Below are positions 13,672-27,000 of a stretch of DNA of 61,820 bases, piece by piece. The position numbers were made by a program, and so were the translations under genes. The stretch's first letter is position 1. The number at the start of each line of letters is the position of its first letter. Location of the stretch: assembly GCF_001194135.2 (NCBI RefSeq), contig NC_068984.1, positions 12,133,667-12,195,486 on the forward strand, given 5' to 3'. The notes below the pieces were generated by a model, which made no database searches, was not told where the DNA came from, and saw only the letters and a list, made by a program, of their open reading frames with translations. Source of the DNA: Octopus bimaculoides. Its lineage: Eukaryota.

Positions 13672-15289
13672 TTGTGTGTCTGTNNNNNNNNNNAAGAATA
13701 AGTCCTGGGGTCGATTTGCTCGACTAAAGGTGGTGCTCCAGCATGGCTGCAGTCAAATGACTGAAACAAGTAAAAGAATTCTTCTCATGATCATCATTGT
13801 CGTCGTTTAACGTCCGCCTTCCATGCTAGCATGGGTGGGACAGTTTCACAAGAGCCGGCCAGGCAGAAGCCTGCACCAGACTTCTGTGACTGTTTTGGCT
13901 GGATCTTTACAGCTGGATGCCCTTCCTAACACCAACCACCCAACAGAGTGGACATATTGCTTTTTACAGGGCACAAGCACTGGCGAAGTTGGTTTTGGCA
14001 AGGTTTTTACAGCTGGAAGCCCTTCCGAACACCAACCACTTTACAGTGTGGACTGGATGCTTTTAAGTGACACCTGCACTGACAGGGTCGCCAAGTACCT
14101 TGCAAAACAAACAAAAAAAACTTTCATGAGGGGAAGGGGCATTGGAGGAAGCGATCTTGTGTCGGATGATGAAAGGTTATAGAGAAACAAAGAGACAGAA
14201 ACAGGTGTCTTGCTGTAGAGGAAGTACAAGGTTTCCCAACCGGAGTGTGGTGGGTGAGAGAGAGAGATCAGGAATGAAGACAGAAACAGGTTTGCTACTG
14301 CAAAGGAAATACATGGTTATTCAACCTGAGGGAAATGCAGGAGAAGGAGAGAGAGAGTGGGAGACAGCAGGATAGAGATGGTGGCAAAATGCCAGACATA
14401 GTCACAAGGGATGGGGATCAGAAAATAAATGGGATGGTTCTGAGGGTCGAATGCCAAAGTGGCAGGATCTTGCAACGGAAGTGTGATTAAAGAGTGTAGA
14501 GGGGGGAGTGAGTGGCTAAAACCTGTGTATATACAGAGTCTGTGGGGGAGGGGCTACCGAATAGCATTCTTTTAAAAAATAAAAAAAGACATTTGAGCAA
14601 CATCCTTGCCAGTGCCGCTGGACTAGCTCTTGTGCAGGTGGCAGGTAAAATACACCATTTCAAGTGTGGCCGTTGCCAGTACCGCCTGACTGGCCTTCGT
14701 GCCGGTGGCACGTAAAAGCACCCAATACACTCTCGGAGTGGTTGGCGTTAGGAAGGGCATCCAGCTGTAGAAACTCTGCCAAATCAGATTGGAGCCTGGT
14801 GTAGCCAACTGGTTTCACCAGTCCTCAGTCAAATTGTCCAACCCATGCTAGCATGGAAAGCGGACATTAAACGATAAACAATGAACGACAAAGGAACAGG
14901 GCCATGAGAACAGGATTGGGGAGAGAGCAAGGCATAGTGTATGAAGGAGGAAATGTGAGGAAGAGAAGAGATGTGGAGATGTAGATTGGTCTGTTGGGGT
15001 AGGGTGAGTGCAAAGTTTTCTTGTTAACTGTAGGTGGAACACACAGGTCGGAGGTTAGCAGGTAGCAATAATACAGTCAGACAGGGCGTGTGGGTGGAAC
15101 ACATAGGTTGGGGACTAGCAGAGAGCAATGATGACAAGATTGGGGAGTGGGAGGTAAGTATAATGCATGAAGCAGAAATGTGAGGAAGAGAAGAGATATG
15201 GGGATGTAGTTTGGTTTGTTGTGGTGGGGTGTGTGAGAAGTTTTCTTGTTAGGTGTGGGTGGGACACACAGCACTTCTAGAATTCAGTT

Positions 15290-15855
15290 TCGCTGATGTG
15301 GGTGGATCATCTCTAGAACTTTATATTGCCAGACATCTTGGTCCATTGTCATTTCCTCCATGAGGCCCAACATCCTGAGATCAGTCCTTACCAGTTCATT
15401 CCACATTTTCTTGGGTCTCCCTCTTCCGCGGGTTTCTGTGATTGGCACTTCTTTATGCAGCTGTCCTCATTCATGTGCATCACATGTCCAAACCAACATA
15501 GTCTTGTTTCTTGCATGCTGCATTTGATTCTTCTTATAACCAACTTTTTTCTCAATACATTTGCACTTTGTCATACATGTGCACTGACGTTGCACATCCA
15601 ACAGAGCATATTGCTTTCAATTCTCTCCAGTCTACACATGTCTTCTGCATTCAGAGCCTATGGAATATAGCCGTTCGCACACAAGCATCATACAGTCTAC
15701 CTTTCACTCTGAGAGAGAGTCCTTTTGTTGCCAACAGAGGTAATAGCTCTCTGAACTTCCTCCACCCTATTCTTATTCTAGAAACAATACTTTCAGAGCA
15801 TCCACCACCATTACTAATTTGGTCGCCTAGTTAACAGAAACTATCAACAATCTCA
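15290..15855 (-). mobile_element. RTE-clade LINE 3' fragment
   Basis: LEIVDSFC*LGDQISNGGGCSESIVSRIRIGWRKFRELLPLLATKGLSLRVKGRLYDACVRT. Confidence 0.9.
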
Positions 15856-16149
15856 AGAGAGCCTCCCGAACTAGTTGGCCTTACAAAGCTTGGAGACTTT
15901 GAATGCGTTATTTGACTTATCCATGACAATTGGATCTATGGTGAAAAATATTAAAGATGTTTTTTAAGTGTATCTTTAAGTATCTTCTGGCTGCTACAAG
16001 ACCACTTCTACATAACCCAGCTAATAATCTCATGAGCACACTGCATGCCCTATCTAGAATAGGTGGAACCATATCAATATGGTGTAGATGCTGATCAAAC
16101 CAGTTTGAGCAAGAGCCTCAGCATGTGGTAAGAACCATAGAGTATATCA

Positions 16150-16167
16150 GTGTCATCGTCATCCTTG

Positions 16168-16225
<58 letters not shown>
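16150..16225 (+). repeat. (CAT)n microsatellite
   Basis: Direct reading. Confidence 0.95.
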
Positions 16226-16549
16226 TTAACATCTATTTTCCATGCAGGCATAGGTTAGATGGTTTGACAGGAGCTGTCATGGAGGAACTGCATCAGGTTC
16301 CATTATTTGTTTTAGCATGGTTTCTACATCTGGATGCCCTTCCTAATACCAGCCACTTTACAAAGTGTACTGGGTGCTTTTTATGTGGCACTGGCACCAG
16401 TACTTTTTACGTGGCACCAGCACTGATGTTTTTTTTTTAAATGTGGCACCAGCACCGACATCTCCATTAATCCTGAGACTAGACATATTCCAAGTTGAAA
16501 CTAGTTCACTCAGTTTATGCTGTTAATTTGAAAACAAATTATGACAAAC

Positions 16550-17250
16550 TCAGATAAGAATCACCATCAGTGGAAAAAAAATATTAACTATCAATCTGAT
16601 ATAGTCCCAACCTCAACTTTACCAGAAGTGTTACAGAGATTACTGGACAAGGTACAAAGAGCATTGAGTGAATACTAGCTGGAAATCAATACAAAAACGA
16701 CAAATGTCATAACAGTGACAACAGCACTTGAATAACTCAACATCTAACGGTAAGGAGTTATCTTAGAAAAGGTCACAATGGATACTATCATAGAACAATC
16801 AGGAGTAGAGACCATGAATAAGAGCATGAGTTTGAGCAGCTATATAATTTGGAAAGACAGAGTCCTAATCAAGAATATCAAATTAAAACTCCTGAAGACA
16901 CTATTGTACTATATGGATTGGGAAAGCTGGACCCAAAAGCAAATGAAACTCAAAGCCTTTGAAACACCATGCTATCCAAGAGTACTGAAGGAAATGGGAG
17001 CACAAAGAGAATTTTTGACAACTGCCAGGAAGAGAAAGCTGGAGTTTTGGGACATGTCATCAGAGCCCAGAAACTCAGCACCCACATCCTAGAGGGAAGA
17101 GTTCAATGGAAAATGAAGAAGAGGATGACTGAGAAGATGTTGGCTGGATGACATCAGAGAATGGACCAGAAGACTTCTGGCTAAATGCACAATCATGTCT
17201 AAAGCCAAGAATTGAAATAGAAATGGTACATGTATCCATGGTCCATGATT
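16550..17250 (+). mobile_element. Degenerate RTE/BovB-like LINE fragment (RT C-terminal region)
   Basis: IWKDRVLIKNIKLKLLKTL..WESWT..LKAFE; RKRKLEF/GHVIRAQKLSTHILEGRV. Confidence 0.8.
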
Positions 17251-17979
17251 CTCAGGATTGAGAATGAGAACAGACAAGACCAGACAAAACAGATTTATTA
17301 TGAAGAAAATCAATTTCACTTGATTAATTTTCAATGAATAAGATTCATTGCACACAGGATGTGTGTTAGTAGAATGCTGCTCATGAATCAATTCTAACTT
17401 CCGTTGCCCTCCTCTTATCCTTCCATCCACCCTGTTCCCTATCATGATACCAAATTATGGCACCAACGACACACTTCTCAGTTTCCCTTCAAAAGATTTT
17501 ATACCCAAATGAAAAACAATACAATATTCCTTTTTCATCCCTTGTAATCTAATATCAACTTTAAACTTAATACTTATTGACATTTTTGTTTCCCATAGAC
17601 AAAATAAATGCCCTCTGAAATATATTTTCTTTCTCCTTACTTCACTTTTCCTTTCATCTTTCACATACACATACATGCTACTCCATTAGACATTTTCCTT
17701 CTAAAATATAACTTTTACAGTTTCGTAGTTCTTTGCACTAATTTCTCTGATAAATCCTGTTTCATAGCCATTGATTTCATTATCCAAATATTCACTCATT
17801 TCCCCCATTTTCTTTCTACATTCCTGTTTCACTCATACTTTCTCTCATCTACCTTCTTTCCATTCTCTTCTCTCAATCTCGTCAGTAAACCTTGCACCCG
17901 CCGGAAAAAAAAAATGGCAAAACAAAAACAAGAGAATATCAAATATTACACAACAATCAAAAACTAATTGCTGATAACA

Positions 17980-18035
17980 AATGATGATGATGACGGTGAT
18001 AACGATGATGATTGTGGTGGTGGTGATGATGTTGG

Positions 18036-18087
<52 letters not shown>

Positions 18088-18095
18088 GGTGATGA
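17980..18095 (+). repeat. (GAT)n/(GGT)n microsatellite
   Basis: Direct reading. Confidence 0.95.
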
Positions 18096-21000
18096 TCCTG
18101 TTAAAAGTCATCTTGTATTATATCATCACCTTTCATAATAAACCGACTAGCAAACAGCTTTCTCTCAGGTCATCGACATTATCTCCTAATACTTCTCTCT
18201 GTTTACACTTACACCATCCACATTTCCAGGACAATTCTTTGTTTTACACTGTTTAATTTTAAATTATTATTATTATTTTTTAAAAAGCTGTTTACTTGTG
18301 ACTTACAAGCTAGCAACATTTTATTGTTATCTGTTCTTCAAATTCTTTTTAAACATAATAAAGAAAATAAAGAAAAACATCATCATCATTATTATTATTA
18401 TTATTATTACTAACAGCAGGAATTGTTTACAAGTAATTAAGCTTATTATTGTTCCATTTATTTACATTAATGCCTATTGCTAACTGCCTTTCTTTCTTGT
18501 CCGTTGACAATCTGTTGTTAACTGTTTTGCTGGAGCGCTTATTTGCTGTGTGTCTGACTAGCACAATCAATAGTCAGTCACTAGCTTATTGCTGATTTAT
18601 CAGGTTTTCGTCTGCTTGTTTCTTGCCTGTTGCTATCTTACCTCCCCTCCCCACGCCTCTCTTTCTCTCGCCATTGTTACTAACCATTCACTTATTCAAC
18701 TTGTTGGCAACTCACCAACACTACTTAGTTTACATGTTCTTATTATCACTTATTTAATGCAGTCTTTAGTTCTTTTGCTCATTCTTGTTTTATTTTCGTT
18801 TTTTTTTTCTAATGTAGTGATTTCTTTCATAGGATGAAAACCTCAAATTTATCAGAGGGGCAAGTAGGAAATTGTGACGCTTAAGGTTATTCTCAAGATC
18901 ATTAGCTGTATGTATGCATGAAGTGAATTGGTTTCTAGTGGAAACTGAGACTGGGTCATGGACAGAATTTGCTTGAGAATATAATAGGAAACAGGCGGTG
19001 GGAAAAAAAATATTGCTTGCCTGTCTCAAGAGATTAATGATTTCAAGGCTCCCCATAAATTAACCCTAACCACACCATCTTTTTTTTTTTTAAAGATTAT
19101 ATAGGAGTAACATGTCTTTTCCGTTTCTATGAGAGTAGGATGTGATTTGAGAGAGGGATTTGGCTCTTATTTCTAGCAGATAGGACGACTGCAAAGGCTC
19201 CTTTATTGACTCATCTATGCATTCTGAGTATAAGGGAAATCAAAACGAGGCTGGAAACTGAGAACTGACCACCACACTACACTACTTATTCTCTTTGACG
19301 AATAACCTCCCTCCTCCTATTCCTCCGCCTCCTCTCGATCATCATCATCGTTGTGGTTGTGGTCGTCATCGTCATCATCATCATCATTTAACGTCTGGCT
19401 TCCGTGCTGGCGGGGGTTGGACGGTTTGACAGGGTCTAACGATTTAAAGAATTGCGTCATAATACCAATGTCTTCCGTGACATTGTTTGAATGTCTGGAT
19501 GCCCTCCCTAACACCAATTACTTTATAGTGTATTGGATGATTTTTCCGAATCAGCAGCACTTCTGATAATGACCTCGTAATCTGCAAGGCCAAGGGTCTG
19601 AAGTTGCCCCTATATGTGGGGTGGGGAAATAAAAGAGAGTAGGTGATGATCTGAGGCAGAAGAATAAAGGACGATAATTAGGAAAGGAAAATGACCAAGC
19701 AATTCTAGTCTTGCAGTATCATGATATAATTTGTAATTTGTTTTCAGATCTAATAATGCACACTTAAAAAGCAATGATTTATCTAGTCAAGTTTATACGG
19801 ATTTGTCCAACCCCATCACCATACTGTGTTACATTTGAAAGATTAAGCCGGGGGGGGGGGGCAACATTTCATGCCCAGGATGACCAGTCCATATCGTGGT
19901 GTTCATAGGAATGTATTCATAATGAATTCTTGCTCAACTCTCCAGTAATATCCAGCAAAATACATGCATCTCTCTATCTCTCTCTCTCTAATGATGTCAA
20001 TGATTTTAAGAAGACTGTGATACAGTCAGTTTGGTCAGGTGTTTTTGCCCACCAAATATTCAGATTGACTCATAGTATACAAGTGTGAGGATTAAGTCAT
20101 ATTTTTAGAGTAACACTTATGTCGGAGTAGTACGTTCAGTTCAGTAGCACAGGGAACCACCACCACCACCATTATTATTTGCAGTAGCTACTTTTCGATG
20201 GCTGAGTAAAATCTGATTTTTTTTCTTCTAGAAACACGCTAAATGCAAACTATCACCCATGAAGAAGAGCAAGAACAACTTGTCCAACCATTATGAGTAT
20301 GGAAAGCAGGTGTAAAAGTGATGGTCACACACACACACAATTTGTGCAGTGAAATTAAATCAAACAAGTATTCAAGTGGTTACTAACAGTCCCCAAAGAC
20401 TGTAGGTCCTCACAACTATTTGATATGACTACAATTAGCGAAAGCATAGTACACGCTATCGACTCAGATTAGCTTGCGAGTGACGGTTTTGAATGAATAA
20501 ATATCGATCCAAGCATCATTTTTGTAAAATTGAATGCCACGCAGTTTCTCCAAGCGTTTTCAAATCACATTGGTGCGAACATCCGTGAATGAGTCCATAA
20601 CCTTCATACAATCACTAACAATATTCGTATTTTAAAACTAAATTCAAATTCATCGTAGTGAAAGTAATTCACAGACATGTATTTGTTTGGCAAGGCAAAT
20701 ATTTATGAAATAAAGTAACTTGAAATTAATAATTACGTTTCATTATTATTAGTTTTAATTTCTTAATTTCGATTATTGTTATTACTTCCCCCTGATTTTA
20801 GGCTCCTAATATTACGACATTACCGGAAAGGGGATATTGCAGCAAATGACTTAACTTTTAGGTTAAAGATTGCATAAAGAATATAGAAATACTGTATGCG
20901 ATTAAATTTAGGTCTCTCTCAGTCTGTCTCTCTCTGTATATATATATTTAATGTGTATGTATGGGAGGTGCGTGTATTTGTGTGTGTTGGCACACTTACA

Positions 21001-24000
21001 CATATTGGCCGCCACTTATTGTGTTCAGTCGGGATTAAGCTTTTTTCAATAACAATATCCAGCTGATAACATTAATCAAATAAAGAGTTTGTATTTGAGA
21101 CACATCAATTTTTTTGTTTGTAATATATATTAGAAATTTCACACCAATAACGGGTTGATAAAATTGTGATTATAATAAGCGGTTTCCATTGTTATCTGTA
21201 CGAACATCCAGGTATATCAATCTATTTGGTTATGTAATGTTATCTACAACGCTATCTCCATATATAGCATTCATAGTTAGGACTACGTTATAGTTACCCC
21301 TCCCTTTCATTCATAAATTGTCTGTCTTACGTATTCAAAATATGATAATTAAGTTAGCTTAATGCAGACGTCATGGAAAGCTCTTCTATTCAGATCTAAG
21401 ATGCACAATAGAAATATAAATCAACCCCAGAATTTTACTTTATCAAACCTAAATGAAAAAACATTGATTTCGGTAGGATTTTAAACTGAGTACATAAAAG
21501 GACGTAACTAAATCCTGTTAGGTACAGATAACAATGTCTGGCGCTCTGACGATTCTACCATTCTGGCTATCACCATGAACCTCACTAGAAAAAAAAATTA
21601 TTTTAGAATATGGTTAAAATATTTATTCTTATATATACTCAACAATCTGGAGATTGACAACAAATAATCAAATCATTTTATATAAGAAATATTAAGTAGA
21701 GTATAATACAATATGGAGAATTTATTAATAACTAAATTTGGTAATGTGATGGATCTGACAAATAAATGGTTTTGACTTAGTGATAATATTACTTGATCTG
21801 GCCAACATAATTCTTACCGACCGTATTAAATATGTTGCAGAAATACATTTATAATAGGTTTGCTGGGAGTAAAATTGGAATTGTGATGCTGTGAAGGATT
21901 GTGACAGCAGGAGATTCCGATAAAATAGCATTGACCTCATTTGTTCTCTAACCGCCAAAGCAAGCAATGGCCGTTGAAAATGAAATGCGAAGATTAATTT
22001 ATGTATTTGTCCAGCCAGAAAAAAATCCACACACAAAACCCACAAAAATATAAGCATTCACAGGGAAATGGCTCTAAAAAGAGTTGCATAAATTGTCCAT
22101 CTAATCAATTTTTTTCTGAGAGCTGTAACCCAAGATTTATGGAACGAAAATATATAAAATTAAACAAATCGTGTTATTTTTGCATTTGTTCTTGTTGCAA
22201 TCATTTGCAGGAAATAATTATTCTAAAAATGTTCTTTTTAAAAAAAATTTTTTCCATCTTTTCTTGTCAATGTTTCAGTTAATTTTATTTTTATTCTATT
22301 TCCTTTCAAGGTTAGTCTAACTAATGTAATTCAACGAAAGATTGGTACAACATAGAGATATATGTTTTAACAGAGATAGTACTTGAATTTTGCAACTAAG
22401 AACTATGAATGTTAAATATTCGTACTCAACGTTCTTTTGTTATTTTTACTTTCTTGTAAATCATTGCATTGCTGCCGTGGTTCCATATTACTGTAATATT
22501 TCTAACTATAGCACAAGGCCGCAATTTTGGTGGGAAGAATTTTAGTCGATCGATTCAGTACTAGACAGGTGTTTATTTTATATCATTATAATAAATTATT
22601 ACAAGCAGGTAAATTGTATGTGCGAAAATAATTAGAACGAAATATTGAATTAACCCAGTTTTTTAAAAATTTATTTTTAAAATTTATTTTTAAAGGGTAA
22701 AAGTATCGATTAAATTTAATATACGAATAATACTGCATTTCTTTTTGTTGCGATTTTGGTGGATCAGATAACTGGACTACTTTGATGTTTTCTGAGTCCA
22801 AACATATCTGGTATAGAATGAATCAATGACTTGTTTTTATCAATGGAAGAGAGAAATCGCCTGTAGGCACTCCGGTTCGCATGGTCGATATGGTTAATAA
22901 GCAATTTGAACAGCTGCTGGTCGATCGCAGGGGCACTGTGGGCAAGGAATGATTTTAGTATCGAATGGTCATGGACGAACGTGGTTCACAGTTGGCTAGT
23001 TCAGAAGCGAACAGACCATTATAATAAAACCTAGTGCTAAAAGACATAGAAGTAGGATATAACGTTGATTGTCTATTAGTTGTGGTGTGTTGATGAAGTG
23101 GAGGATTGCCTATCAGTAAATTTGTATCTATGAATCCGTATTTTTATTTATTCATTCATTCATAACACACGCGCTAATTCTCTGGTGAATATCTCTTAAA
23201 TAGGGATGAGATCTAGTCCAGAAAAGATTCATTACGTTTGGCTTATAACCAAGAAAGCATTACATTACCAATAAATGTCTCGATTATATTTAATTCGAGA
23301 TCATAAATCAAGTAAACACGAGAAGCTTTATATTGAGTATTAACTAGAAAATTTGTGCAGCGCCATTAAAGCGGAACAGACGATATATCTAATTTGCATA
23401 TGCAAGATTTATAGATCATCTCTTGATATCATATGGTGAAAAAATTTTGGAATCTAAACTTGCTGGATGATGATAAAGAGTTAGACAATAGCAATGCTTG
23501 AAAATTTTCTTATACTTGGTTCCATTAAATTATAAATGCTCTCGATCAAACGAAAATACGTGGTCTTTAAGGTTGTCATGTCAACGCTCTAAATTGTCTG
23601 ACATTCATCTGAAATATTGGTCTTTGAATTAATTCCCTGAGCAAGTAAATAAATATTTAAATATTGTTCGTGGTTTCAAAGGAAATCAATAGAAGCGACT
23701 TGATATACTATTCTATACTATCTACTTCAGAACTGTTTCACTTAAACGCATTCAACTTCCTGTACTAATCATCTCTCCTTAGTCGGTACGAAAGATCATT
23801 TCCCTTCTTTTTTTTTACCATTCGTTTTATATTGTCTTTGCTTTCTCTTCCTCGTCTTCTTTCATCTCATGCTACACCCAGTCGTTTTAACTTAAGAGCA
23901 GTACTACGTTATTTATTTATTTATCTGTTTACTGCTTAGTTTCTATTTATACTCTGTTTGCCTCTTATTACTCCCCCTTCAGCATAGCCGATTCTAAGTG

Positions 24001-27000
24001 CTTGTCTATGCCAGAAACAATATACCGTTTCTAGAAACACGTACTAATCTATTGATTCTCTATTCACTCTATCACTACTACCATTGCCGCCATAATATTT
24101 GCAAGCTATTGCTATCTAATTTACTGTAACCATGGCAACGTTAACAATGCTAATAGTATGGCAGTGAGCGCATGCCTACCATAGTTTTCAATTCCCTCCC
24201 ACTTCTTCTCTTCTTCCGCACTATAACGTTATCAGATACTATTTCTTTTTCATTCCATCTTTCTATTTATCTCTTCATTCCATCTTTGGAACATACCATC
24301 TACAGATTCTTTTCAATAGTCAGATACCATCAATTATTTTTTCTGTATTTACATTAGTAACATTCACCGTTATTTTAAATGCCAAATGGTTATCGTCTTT
24401 GGCATTTTCTGAAATACACAGAGAATAAACGAAAATGTATGAAAGGAAGCGTTGAAGATAAATTTTTAATAACAAAATAGATTGCCATTTGAATGTTTTA
24501 TTACAACCAAAAACATGTAATTTTGCATTAGTTACAGGGAAAGTAAAGAGTAATATTTCGTGTCTATTGTTTGATTTTGCTAGAAGCTTATTTTCTTTTA
24601 AAGACAGAACTCAGTTCCGAATCATATTCTTGAATCTAGCTCCCCCCCCCCCCCAACTTTTTTTTAATGGCTATCTCAGCATATTTGAACATAGCAAATA
24701 TTTTTCAAAGAGATGTTTTTAATATTTGTTTCCTGGAACGGTATGAAACTGACGATTTCATAGGGAAGGAAAAGAACAACTTGGACATTTATGCATGTCA
24801 TGATATTAACGATGTAGTGATACGAAATGGCCGTACGCGGAGTAGAAAGTAGGTCGTGGGCTTGTAAAGCGCTGGCTCTATAATATTGATTTATTACATG
24901 TGAATGAAGCTTTACAAGAAAAAGGTAAATGAGATGGTTTGGCATTCATACTTTTCTCAAAGATATTATAGATGAAAGAGAAGTTAAATAGCTACAATTG
25001 GCAATAAGAACGAGATTACAGATTTGGTTTGTTGGAAGCTTGCCTCTGCTTCATGGTGTTCATTGGAATATTGATTTCTTACACAGGTACAATGTTTCAT
25101 ATTTGTATGTGAAATCAAATGGGATGTTGTGACATTAAGACCAACAAGGTCAAAGAAGGAAAAAATGGAATTACTTTGTAACAACGTCTTGGCAGCCATG
25201 TTTATTTCATCAGCTCTATCAAATTATAAAGAATATCAAAAACGAAAGCAAAATCTGAGTAGCAGTAAATAACAAATCTCGTATAATGCCTGCGAGTGAG
25301 TTGTGGAGTGAGGTTAAACAAACACTAACAATAATTTTCTTTCTTTTTATCCATTTTCATGGATATACAAGATTATAGTTAAATACAAGTATAAGCAGAG
25401 CAGGGGAATGAGTTGATTAAATGAAAGGAATATAAATCCCCTATGTTATATTCATTGTACTAACTGTCATTATGACTCACTACTTTGTTATGCAGGAATG
25501 CGTTTATCTGACATGAAAACAAGGTTAAAAAGTAGAACTAGTTAAAAGTATAGGGGCGAGGAGTGGGGGATGTAGCAACGTTTGAGATATCGCTCGTACC
25601 CACCTTTTATAACATAAAAAGAGAAGAAAACGCAGCTCCATTTTTTGTTATCAAATACTTCAGTATTGTTGAAGTATTAAACATTGTTTACTTTAGTCAA
25701 TTGTGGTTGATACTCAAGTTCAACTTATATATATACTGATGTTTATCGAGAAATTACAAAAAATTAGTTTGAGAAAATGCGAAACTGTGGCGCCTATACT
25801 CTTCAGAACAAAGAGGCAATCCAGCAAGACATCTGCTTATATTAAAACATACCCCTTGACTATAGCGTTTCCCTCAGACCCAAATTAGATATCGAATATA
25901 AACAATTCATTTGATCTAAAAATCTATTTTTGTTCTCGTGACTCTAGTTTCGAAATAACCGGTTTTAGACGCTGAATTGCATCATCAGTGAATCATTTTT
26001 ACGAAAAAGCTAAAAGTCGATCTAAAGCTTAGTAGTTGTGCGTTAGACAATGTTTTACTAAGAAGATCTAAGACCAATATTCTTTGGTAGTTACGGTGGC
26101 GAGAATTGTTTCCATAACTACCAAAGATCATAATCACTTTACACTGCATAACTCTATTTAATACGAAGTCTTCTCCCTTGCATTCATTATCAAGAATTGT
26201 TATTAACGCTAATATCTTTTCCCCTCGCCATCACGACTGAAATTTCAATTGATTGAAAAAATTTTCTGTACTGACTACATTAAGTAAGTTTTATTTATAT
26301 ACAGACGTATCAAATTATTATTATCCTATTGCAAATTCTCCTTTAGAAAAGCTTGAAGAATCAACCTTCTAAAATGCTATTTGTGCTGTGTAAAAAACGA
26401 AAACAAGCTAAGAAGGGGATTAGCAAAATCTGTAGGGTACTAGGCAAAAATCTTGCCATATTTAGATATATCCCTTTACAGTATGATTTCAAATTCTACT
26501 GAGGTTGATTTTTCTCTTTCATCCACCTGGAGTCAATAAAATTTAATTAGCTGAGTATTTGGCCAGATTAAATTTTTCTCATTATTTATGATCTTGTCCT
26601 AATCATCATTATTCTAAGTAAGTTCCATTCCTTTATGATTTGGGTTTAAATTCTTCTGATATCAACCTTATTTTTTTATCAGTGAAACTAGAGTAGTATA
26701 AATTAGTATTAGTCACAGTAATATATTGTTTCCATTAATAGGCTGTTTGACCTTCTTTTAATAAAATATTCTTGTGCATGAGAAAAAAATATTAGAAAGC
26801 TGTGTGGTTACTTTGTGTTTAATGTTGAACTCTCAATGCAAAACTTTCAACAACTGGTGGAATCTCACATACCTGATGAACAGTAGCAAAAATGTAGCAG
26901 GAATAATTAAAAAAAAATACCATTGAAATAGTCATTATTTCGAACGATTAGACTTTTTTAAAAATATTTTTCTTAGGTCACCCAGTTTAACTTTTTTATC

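Noticed and set aside
17981-18256. Poly-Met/Val, poly-Asn, poly-Leu and poly-Cys ORFs (also 44980-45293)
   Set aside because: These are translations of trinucleotide microsatellites.
25000-25100. Hydrophobic peptide RFGLLEACLCFMVFIGILISYTG as a transporter exon
   Set aside because: There is no convincing acceptor, and it is bounded by nearby stops.
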